From contig CAXIUT010000103.1 in NCBI GenBank assembly GCA_964035545.1, positions 310,001 to 374,000 on the forward strand: 64,000 nt of DNA. Direction: 5' to 3'. Below the pieces are notes generated by a model. It made no database searches, had not been told where the DNA came from, and saw nothing but the letters and a program-made list of their open reading frames with translations. The position numbers were made by a program, and so were the translations under genes. Positions 13,701 to 24,500 of the stretch are shown in pieces (positions within the stretch are counted from its first letter, which is position 1; each line of letters begins with the position of its first letter). The stretch comes from Bugula neritina. Lineage: Eukaryota > Animalia > Bryozoa.

Positions 13701-14070
13701 AACCAAACTGTGTAGACTTCATGAGCTGGTTAGCTGACAGGACTCATTAAAGTTCTTAACTCTTGTGTGTATAGTGATGCCCATCTTGTACTAGAGAGGG
13801 CTGACTGAAGACTGCTATTTTGTGAAAATTGACAATGCACATTATTATTATTCATTGTTGAGATTCACGATTGCCATAAACAATGATAAAATATTCATTG
13901 TTGGTACTACTGAGCAGAATAAAATATAATATAATATTATTTTCTGGACAGATAAGTAATATCAAATGCATATTATAACTTACCATAAATCTACAGTGCT
14001 TCACATCTTCACCTTTTTCTGCAATGTTACTCCTTTGCAGTTAGAAGTACTAGCTGAATATATGACTATG
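7800..14070 (+). repeat. Three-monomer-offset duplication, period 4041 bp
   Basis: ORF pairs 7823/11864, 8582/12623, 8776/12817 and 9164/13205 are offset by 4041. The copies share private alleles (TTTTGGAAATATC, CCCTCCCCTC, GCGCCGTT, TAATATATTTCG). Boundaries are approximate. Confidence 0.88.
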
Positions 14071-15083
14071 AAACATAACCCTTCAATTTCTTTGCACCAG
14101 CACCAGTTGCAAGATAGGTGTGTTGGGAGTTATCTTTCCTAAAATTTTGTTCTTGGTGTTTATACGAAGCAGACACAGGCTAATATTAGTTTTGTTATTT
14201 GCAAGAGTTTTTCTGTCTGATTGTCCATCAGCAAAAGTTTGCGCCTTGCAGTTATTATGGAAATACCAGTGATGCTGGAAGACCTTTGCATTGTACACCC
14301 GCCTTTACTATTGAATTTAGATGTTTTATTTTCCCATCCCCTCTCCTGCCCCCTGCCCCCTCTAACAACCAGCAATCCTGACTCATGTGAATTGTGTTAT
14401 TGTTCTAGAGTTGGCCCATGGGCCTACAGTATACGATTTGAAGCTTTATAGTTTACAGGCAGTGGAGATGAGTCACTGCTGAAACCCATTTTATTAGTAG
14501 ACTATATTGCTCTTCAATCATCAGTTTTCATATTAAAAGAGAAAGCTCATCTGCAGCGCCATTTCACAGTGTTATATTTTGCTAGAGCAATAACTAATTT
14601 TAGATGCCTTTGCAAACATATGAGAAATAAATGAGTCATTCTATGAAAAGAGGTGTTTGCAGCACTTGTCCACTTTTGATTTACACGCGGCATGGAAACT
14701 TTTGTAGTTTTAAATAATATTTCCAAACTCATCACTTGCATGTGTTTAGATACTTGATGAACATTTTTATGCATAACTTGATGCCTGCTTCAAAGACACC
14801 AGTGCTTAATTACTGTGTTAACTGTATTGGCACGTTGCCATGAGATATTTGGCAATATATTTCGCATCACAACAAACTCTTCAGAAAGTTAAGAAAATCA
14901 GTCTAGAAAGTTAATGAAATAAACCTACCAGAGAGAGTAAGCCAGATGTGACAAGTAGATCCAAAACAAGTTGATTAACAATTGAAGTTGAAGTCTCCAT
15001 GTAGTGAACACTTTAGTCCTAATGTCAAATGCAAACGTCTGCAACCAAACTGTGTAGACTTCATGAGCTGGTTACCTGACAGA

Positions 15084-15205
15084 ACTCATTAAAGTTCTTA
15101 ACTCTTGTGTGTATAGTGATGCCCATCTTGAACTAGAGAGGGCTAGCCCTCTCTAGTTCAAGATGGGCATCACTATACACACAAGAGTTAAGAACTTTAA
15201 TGAGT
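15084..15205. repeat. Perfect 122-bp spacer-less palindrome at the array inversion point (centre 15144/15145, GCT|AGC)
   Basis: The sequence reads ACTCATTAAAGTTC...GAACTAGAGAGGGCT|AGCCCTCTCTAGTTC...GAACTTTAATGAGT. The first mismatch is 15083(A) versus 15206(C). A normal monomer continues GGGCTGACTGAAG at this point. Confidence 0.98.
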
Positions 15206-15929
15206 CCTTTCAGCTAACCAGCTCATGAAGTCTACACAGTTTGATTGCAGACGTTTGCATTTGACATTAGGACTAAAGTGTTGACTACATGGAGATTTCA
15301 ACTTCAATTGTTAATCAACTAATTGTTTTGGATCTACTTGTTACATCTGGCTTACTCTTTCTGGTAGGTTTATTTCATTAACTTTCTAGACTGATTTTCT
15401 TAACTTTCTGAAGAGTTTGTTGTGATGCGAAATATTACCAAATATCTCATGGCAACGTGCCAATACAGTTAACACAGTAATTAAGCACTGGTGTCTTTGA
15501 AGCAGGCATCAAGTTTTGCATAAAAAAATTTATCAAGTCTATAAACACATGCAAGTGATGAGTTTGGAGATATTATTTAAAACTACAAAAGTTTCCATGC
15601 CGCGTGTAAATCAAAAGTGGACAAGTGCTGCAAACACCTCTTTTCATGGAATGACTCATTTATTTCTCATATGTTTGCAAAGGCATCTAAAATTAGTTTT
15701 TGCTCTAGCAAAATATAACACTGTGAAATGGCGCTGCAGATGAGCTTTCTCTTTTAATATGAAAACTGATGATTGAAGAGCAATATAGTCTACTAACAAA
15801 ATGGGTTTTAGCAGTGACTCATCTCCACTGCCTGTAAACTATAAAGCTTCAAATCGTATACTGTAGGCCCATGGGCCAACTCTAGAACAATAACACAATT
15901 CACATGAGTCAGGATTGCTGGTTGTTAGA

Positions 15930-15958
15930 GGGGACAGGGGGGCAGGAGAGGGGATGGG
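15930..15958 (+). other. Putative G-quadruplex motif (right-arm representative)
   Basis: GGGGACAGGGGGGCAGGAGAGGGGATGGG lies on the + strand and recurs in nearly all right-arm monomers. A run is broken in a few copies (~38763, ~49532, ~56265). Confidence 0.7.
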
Positions 15959-16099
15959 AAATTAAAACATCTAAATTCAATAGTAAAAGCGCGGGTGTAC
16001 AATGCAAAGGTCTTCCAGCATCACTGGTATTTCCATAATAACTGCAAGGCCAAACTTTTGCTGATGGACAATCAGACAGAAAAACTCTTACAAATAACA

Positions 16100-19000
16100 A
16101 AACTAATATTAGCCTGTGTCTACTTCGTATAAACACCAAGAACAAAATTTTGGGAAAGATAACTCCCAACACACCTATCTTGCAACTGGTGCTGGTGCAA
16201 TGAAATTGAAGGGTTATGTTTCATAGTCATATTTTCAACTAGTACTTCTAACTGCAAAGAATCAACATTGCAGAAAAAGGTGAAGATGTGAAGCACTGTA
16301 GATTTATGGTAAGTTATAATATGCATTTGATATTATTTATTTGTCCAGAAAATAATATTATATTATATTTTATTCTACTCAGTAGTACCAACAATGAATA
16401 TTTTATCATTGTTTATGGCAGTCGTGAATCTCAACAATGAATAATAATAATATGCATTGTCAATTTTCACAAAGTAGCAGTCTTCAGTCAGCCCTCTCTA
16501 GTTCAAGATGGGCATCACTATACACACAAGAGTTAAGAACTTTAATGAGTCCTGTCAGCTAACCAGCTCATGAAGTCTACACAGTTTGATTGCAGGCGTT
16601 TGCATTTGACATTAGGACTAAAGTGTTGACTACATGGAGATTTCAACTTCAATTGTTAATCAACTTGTTTTGGATCTACTTGTTACATCTGGCTTACTCT
16701 TTCTGGTAGGTTTATTTCATTAACTTTCTAGACTGATTTTCTTAACTTTCTGAAGAGTTTGTTGTGATGCGAAATATTACCAAATATCTCATGGCAACGT
16801 GCCAATACAGTTAACACAGTAATTAAGCACTGGTGTCTTTGAAGCAGGCATCAAGTTTTGCATAAAAAAATTTATCAAGTCTATAAACACATGCAAGTGA
16901 TGAGTTTGGAGATATTATTTAAAACTACAAAAGTTTCCATGCCGCTTGTAAATCAAAAGTGGACAATTGCTGCAAACACCTCTTTTCATAGAATCACTCA
17001 TTTATTTCTCATATGTTTGCAAAGGCATCTAAAATTAGTTATTGCTCTAGCAAAATAAAACACTGTGAAATGGCGCTGCAGATGAGCTTTCTCTTTTAAT
17101 ATGAAAACTGATGATTGAAGAGCAATATAGTCTACTAACAAAATGGGTTTTAGCAGTGACTCATCTCCACTGCCTGTAAACTATAAAGCTTCAAATCGTA
17201 TACTGTAGGCCCATGGGCCAACTCTAGAACAATAACACAATTCACATGAGTCAGGATTGCTGGTTGTTAGAGGGGACAGGGGGGGCAGGAGAGGGGATGG
17301 GAAAATAAAACATCTAAATTCAATAGTAAAAGCGGGTGTACAATGCAAAGGTCTTCCAGCATCACTGGTATTTCCATAATAACTGCAAGGCCAAACTTTT
17401 GCTGATGGACAATCAGACAGAAAAACTCTTACAAATAACAAAACTTATATTAGCCTGTGTCTACTTCGTATAAACACCAAGAACAAAATTTTGGGAAAGA
17501 TAACTCCCAACACACCTATCTTGCAACTGGTGCTGGTGCAATGAAATTGAAGGGTTATGTTTCATAGTCATATTTTCAACTAGTACTTCTAACTGCAAAG
17601 AATCAACATTGCAGAAAAAGGTGAAGATGTGAAGCACTGTAGATTTATGGTAAGTTATAATATGCATTTGATATTATTTATTTGTCCAGAAAATAATATT
17701 ATATTATATTTTATTCTACTCAGTAGTACCAACAATGAATATTTTATCATTGTTTATGGCAGTCGTGAATCTCAACAATGAATAATAATAATATGCATTG
17801 TCAATTTTCACAAAGTAGCAGTCTTCAGTCAGCCCTCTCTAGTTCAAGATGGGCATCACTATACACACAAGAGTTAAGAACTTTAATGAGTCCTGTCAGC
17901 TAACCAGCTCATGAAGTCTACACAGTTTGATTGCAGGCGTTTGCATTTGACATTAGGACTAAAGTGTTGACTACATGGAGATTTCAACTTCAATTGTTAA
18001 TCAACTTGTTTTGGATCTACTTGTTACATCTGGCTTACTCTTTCTGGTAGGTTTATTTCATTAACTTTCTAGACTGATTTTCTTAACTTTCTGAAGAGTT
18101 TGTTGTGATGCGAAATATTACCAAATATCTCATGGCAACGTGCCAATACAGTTAACACAGTAATTAAGCACTGGTGTCTTTGAAGCAGGCATCAAGTTTT
18201 GCATAAAAAAATTTATCAAGTCTATAAACACATGCAAGTGATGAGTTTGGAGATATTATTTAAAACTACAAAAGTTTCCATGCCGCTTGTAAATCAAAAG
18301 TGGACAATTGCTGCAAACACCTCTTTTCATAGAATCACTCATTTATTTCTCATATGTTTGCAAAGGCATCTAAAATTAGTTATTGCTCTAGCAAAATAAA
18401 ACAATGTGAAATGGCGCTGCAGATGAGCTTTCTCTTTTAATATGAAAACTGATGATTGAAGAGCAATATAGTCTACTAACAAAATGGGTTTTAGCAGTGA
18501 CTCATCTCCACTGCCTGTAAACTATAAAGCTTCAAATCGTATACTGTAGGCCCATGGGCCAACTCTAGAACAATAACACAATTCACATGAGTCAGGATTG
18601 CTGGTTGTTAGAGGGGACAGGGGGGGCAGGAGAGGGGATGGGAAAATAAAACATCTAAATTCAATAGTAAAAGCGGGTGTACAATGCAAAGGTCTTCCAG
18701 CATCACTGGTATTTCCATAATAACTGCAAGGCCAAACTTTTGCTGATGGACAATCAGACAGAAAAACTCTTACAAATAACAAAACTTATATTAGCCTGTG
18801 TCTACTTCGTATAAACACCAAGAACAAAATTTTGGGAAAGATAACTCCCAACACACCTATCTTGCAACTGGTGCTGGTGCAATGAAATTGAAGGGTTATG
18901 TTTCATAGTCATATTTTCAACTAGTACTTCTAACTGCAAAGAATCAACATTGCAGAAAAAGGTGAAGATGTGAAGCACTGTAGATTTATGGTAAGTTATA

Positions 19001-22000
19001 ATATGCATTTGATATTATTTATTTGTCCAGAAAATAATATTATATTATATTTTATTCTACTCAGTAGTACCAACAATGAATATTTTATCATTGTTTATGG
19101 CAGTCGTGAATCTCAACAATGAATAATAATAATATGCATTGTCAATTTTCACAAAGTAGCAGTCTTCAGTCAGCCCTCTCTAGTTCAAGATGGGCATCAC
19201 TATACACACAAGAGTTAAGAACTTTAATGAGTCCTGTCAGCTAACCAGCTCATGAAGTCTACACAGTTTGATTGCAGGCGTTTGCATTTGACATTAGGAC
19301 TAAAGTGTTGACTACATGGAGATTTCAACTTCAATTGTTAATCAACTTGTTTTGGATCTACTTGTTACATCTGGCTTACTCTTTCTGGTAGGTTTATTTC
19401 ATTAACTTTCTAGACTGATTTTCTTAACTTTCTGAAGAGTTTGTTGTGATGCGAAATATTACCAAATATCTCATGGCAACGTGCCAATACAGTTAACACA
19501 GTAATTAAGCACTGGTGTCTTTGAAGCAGGCATCAAGTTTTGCATAAAAAAATTTATCAAGTCTATAAACACATGCAAGTGATGAGTTTGGAGATATTAT
19601 TTAAAACTACAAAAGTTTCCATGCCGCTTGTAAATCAAAAGTGGACAATTGCTGCAAACACCTCTTTTCATAGAATCACTCATTTATTTCTCATATGTTT
19701 GCAAAGGCATCTAAAATTAGTTATTGCTCTAGCAAAATAAAACAATGTGAAATGGCGCTGCAGATGAGCTTTCTCTTTTAATATGAAAACTGATGATTGA
19801 AGAGCAATATAGTCTACTAAGAAAATGGGTTTTAGCAGTGACTCATCTCCACTGCCTGTAAACTATAAAGCTTCAAATCGTATACTGTAGGCCCATGGGC
19901 CAACTCTAGAACAATAACACAATTCACATGAGTCAGGATTGCTGGTTGTTAGAGGGGACAGGGGGGGCAGGAGAGGGGATGGGAAAATAAAACATCTAAA
20001 TTCAATAGTAAAAGCGGGTGTACAATGCAAAGGTCTTCCAGCATCACTGGTATTTCCATAATAACTGCAAGGCCAAACTTTTGCTGATGGACAATCAGAC
20101 AGAAAAACTCTTACAAATAACAAAACTAATATTAGCCTGTGTCTGCTTCGTATAAACACCAAGAACAAAATTTTGGGAAAGATAACTCCCAACACACCTA
20201 TCTTGCAACTGGTGCTGGTGCAATGAAATTGAAGGGTTATGTTTCATAGTCATGTTTTCAACTAGTACTTCTAACTGCAAAGAATCAACATTGCAGAAAA
20301 AGGTGAAGATGTGAAGCACTGTAGATTTATGGTAAGTTATAATATGCATTTGATATTATTTATTTGTCCAGAAAATAATATTATATTATATTTTATTCTA
20401 CTCAGTAGTACCAACAATGAATATTTTATCATTGTTTATGGCAGTCGTGAATCTCAACAATGAATAATAATAATATGCATTGTCAATTTTCACAAAGTAG
20501 CAGTCTTCAGTCAGCCCTCTCTAGTTCAAGATGGGCATCACTATACACACAAGAGTTAAGAACTTTAATGAGTCCTGTCAGCTAACCAGCTCATGAAGTC
20601 TACACAGTTTGATTGCAGGCGTTTGCATTTGACATTAGGACTAAAGTGTTGACTACATGGAGATTTCAACTTCAATTGTTAATCAACTTGTTTAGGATCT
20701 ACTTGTTACATCTGGCTTACTCTTTCTGGTAGGTTTATTTCATTAACTTTCTAGACTGATTTTCTTAACTTTCTGAAGAGTTTGTTGTGATGCGAAATAT
20801 TACCAAATATCTCATGGCAACGTGCCAATACAGTTAACACAGTAATTAAGCACTGGTGTCTTTGAAGCAGGCATCAAGTTTTGCATAAAAAAATTTATCA
20901 AGTCTATAAACACATGCAAGTGATGAGTTTGGAGATATTATTTAAAACTACAAAAGTTTCCATGCCGCTTGTAAATCAAAAGTGGACAATTGCTGCAAAC
21001 ACCTCTTTTCATAGAATCACTCATTTATTTCTCATATGTTTGCAAAGGCATCTAAAATTAGTTATTGCTCTAGCAAAATAAAACACTGTGAAATGGCGCT
21101 GCAGATGAGCTTTCTCTTTTAATATGAAAACTGATGATTGAAGAGCAATATAGTCTACTAACAAAATGGGTTTTAGCAGTGACTCATCTCCACTGCCTGT
21201 AAACTATAAAGCTTCAAATCGTATACTGTAGGCCCATGGGCCAACTCTAGAACAATAACACAATTCACATGAGTCAGGATTGCTGGTTGTTAGAGGGGAC
21301 AGGGGGGGCAGGAGAGGGGATGGGAAAATAAAACATCTAAATTCAATAGTAAAAGCGGGTGTACAATGCAAAGGTCTTCCAGCATCACTGGTATTTCCAT
21401 AATAACTGCAAGGCCAAACTTTTGCTGATGGACAATCAGACAGAAAAACTCTTACAAATAACAAAACTTATATTAGCCTGTGTCTACTTCGTATAAACAC
21501 CAAGAACAAAATTTTGGGAAAGATAACTCCCAACACACCTATCTTGCAACTGGTGCTGGTGCAATGAAATTGAAGGGTTATGTTTCATAGTCATATTTTC
21601 AACTAGTACTTCTAACTGCAAAGAATCAACATTGCAGAGAAAGGTGAAGATGTGAAGCACTGTAGATTTATGGTAAGTTATAATATGCATTTGATATTAT
21701 TTATTTGTCCAGAAAATAATATTATATTATATTTTATTCTACTCAGTAGTACCAACAATGAATATTTTATCATTGTTTATGGCAGTCGTGAATCTCAACA
21801 ATGAATAATAATAATATGCATTGTCAATTTTCACAAAGTAGCAGTCTTCAGTCAGCCCTCTCTAGTTCAAGATGGGCATCACTATACACACAAGAGTTAA
21901 GAACTTTAATGAGTCCTGTCAGCTAACCAGCTCATGAAGTCTACACAGTTTGATTGCAGGCGTTTGCATTTGACATTAGGACTAAAGTGTTGACTACATG

Positions 22001-24500
22001 GAGATTTCAACTTCAATTGTTAATCAACTTGTTTTGGATCTACTTGTTACATCTGGCTTACTCTTTCTGGTAGGTTTATTTCATTAACTTTCTAGACTGA
22101 TTTTCTTAACTTTCTGAAGAGTTTGTTGTGATGCGAAATATTACCAAATATCTCATGGCAACGTGCCAATACAGTTAACACAGTAATTAAGCACTGGTGT
22201 CTTTGAAGCAGGCATCAAGTTTTGCATAAAAAAATTTATCAAGTCTATAAACACATGCAAGTGATGAGTTTGGAGATATTATTTAAAACTACAAAAGTTT
22301 CCATGCCGCTTGTAAATCAAAAGTGGACAATTGCTGCAAACACCTCTTTTCATAGAGTCACTCATTTATTTCTCATATGTTTGCAAAGGCATCTAAAATT
22401 AGTTATTGCTCTAGCAAAATAAAACACTGTGAAATGGCGCTGCAGATGAGCTTTCTCTTTTAATATGAAAACTGATGATTGAAGAGCAATATAGTCTACT
22501 AACAAAATGGGTTTTAGCAGTGACTCATCTCCACTGCCTGTAAACTATAAAGCTTCAAATCGTATACTGTAGGCCCATGGGCCAACTCTAGCACAATAAC
22601 ACAATTCACATGAGTCAGGATTGCTGGTTGTTAGAGGGGACAGGGGGGGGGGGGGGGCAGGAGAGGGGATGGGAAAATAAAACATCTAAATTCAATAGTA
22701 AAAGCGGGTGTACAATGCAAAGGTCTTCCAGCATCACTGGTATTTCCATAATAACTGCAAGGCCAAACTTTTGCTGATGGACAATCAGACAGAAAAACTC
22801 TTACAAATAACAAAACTTATATTAGCCTGTGTCTACTTCGTATAAACACCAAGAACAAAATTTTGGGAAAGATAACTCCCAACACACCTATCTTGCAACT
22901 GGTGCTGGTGCAATGAAATTGAAGGGTTATGTTTCATAGTCATATTTTCAACTAGTACTTCTAACTGCAAAGAATCAACATTGCAGAAAAAGGTGAAGAT
23001 GTGAAGCACTGTAGATTTATGGTAAGTTATAATATGCATTTGATATTATTTATTTGTCCAGAAAATAATATTATATTATATTTTATTCTACTCAGTAGTA
23101 CCAACAATGAATATTTTATCATTGTTTATGGCAGTCGTGAATCTCAACAATGAATAATAATAATATGCATTGTCAATTTTCACAAAGTAGCAGTCTTCAG
23201 TCAGCCCTCTCTAGTTCAAGATGGGCATCACTATACACACAAGAGTTAAGAACTTTAATGAGTCCTGTCAGCTAACCAGCTCATGAAGTCTACACAGTTT
23301 GATTGCAGGCGTTTGCATTTGACATTAGGACTAAAGTGTTGACTACATGGAGATTTCAACTTCAATTGTTAATCAACTTGTTTTGGATCTACTTGTTACA
23401 TCTGGCTTACTCTTTCTGGTAGGTTTATTTCATTAACTTTCTAGACTGATTTTCTTAACTTTCTGAAGAGTTTGTTGTGATGCGAAATATTACCAAATAT
23501 CTCATGGCAACGTGCCAATACAGTTAACACAGTAATTAAGCACTGGTGTCTTTGAAGCAGGCATCAAGTTTTGCATAAAAAAATTTATCAAGTCTATAAA
23601 CACATGCAAGTGATGAGTTTGGAGATATTATTTAAAACTACAAAAGTTTCCATGCCGCTTGTAAATCAAAAGTGGACAATTGCTGCAAACACCTCTTTTC
23701 ATAGAATCACTCATTTATTTCTCATATGTTTGCAAAGGCATCTAAAATTAGTTATTGCTCTAGCAAAATAAAACAATGTGAAATGGCGCTGCAGATGAGC
23801 TTTCTCTTTTAATATGAAAACTGATGATTGAAGAGCAATATAGTCTACTAAGAAAATGGGTTTTAGCAGTGACTCACCTCCACTGCCTGTAAACTATAAA
23901 GCTTCAAATCGTATACTGTAGGCCCATGGGCCAACTCTAGAACAATAACACAATTCACATGAGTCAGGATTGCTGGTTGTTAGAGGGGACAGGGGGGGCA
24001 GGAGAGGGGATGGGAAAATAAAACATCTAAATTCAATAGTAAAAGCGGGTGTACAATGCAAAGGTCTTCCAGCATCACTGGTATTTCCATAATAACTGCA
24101 AGGCCAAACTTTTGCTGATGGACAATCAGACAGAAAAACTCTTACAAATAACAAAACTAATATTAGCCTGTGTCTGCTTCGTATAAACACCAAGAACAAA
24201 ATTTTGGGAAAGATAACTCCCAACACACCTATCTTGCAACTGGTGCTGGTGCAATGAAATTGAAGGGTTATGTTTCATAGTCATATTTTCAACTAGTACT
24301 TCTAACTGCAAAGAATCAACATTGCAGAAAAAGGTGAAGATGTGAAGCACTGTAGATTTATGGTAAGTTATAATATGCATTTGATATTATTTATTTGTCC
24401 AGAAAATAATATTATATTATATTTTATTCTACTCAGTAGTACCAACAATGAATATTTTATCATTGTTTATGGCAGTCGTGAATCTCAACAATGAATAATA
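16100..24500 (-). repeat. Homogeneous sub-array of near-identical 1341-bp monomers next to the junction
   Basis: ORF starts 16858, 18199, 19540, 20881 and 22222 are spaced exactly 1341 bp. Shared alleles include GAATCAACATTG, AAGTCTATAAAC, GCAAAATAAAAC and CTCTTACAAA. Confidence 0.88.

Larger units (their letters stand above)
1..15144 (+). repeat. Tandem array of ~1.34-kb monomers, left arm (11 full monomers plus a 366-bp partial; continues beyond the window start)
   Basis: The anchor TGATGCCTGCTTCAAAGACACC recurs at 1, 1342, 2680, 4021, 5359, 6708, 8055, 9396, 10748, 12096, 13437 and 14779 (unit 1338-1352 bp). There is one HindIII site (AAGCTT) per unit. The strand label is an arbitrary orientation. 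Confidence 0.99.

Noticed and set aside
15133-15156. CTAG plus hairpin as a Helitron 3' end
   Set aside because: The central CTAG and hairpin are created by the fold-back itself. Ordinary monomers show no subterminal GC hairpin or defined 5' TC end here.
15084-15205. Junction as a sequencing fold-back chimera
   Set aside because: The arms differ beyond 61 bp and have different variant orders and arm-specific alleles, whereas a read-level fold-back would be an exact mirror. It is not fully excluded without reads.
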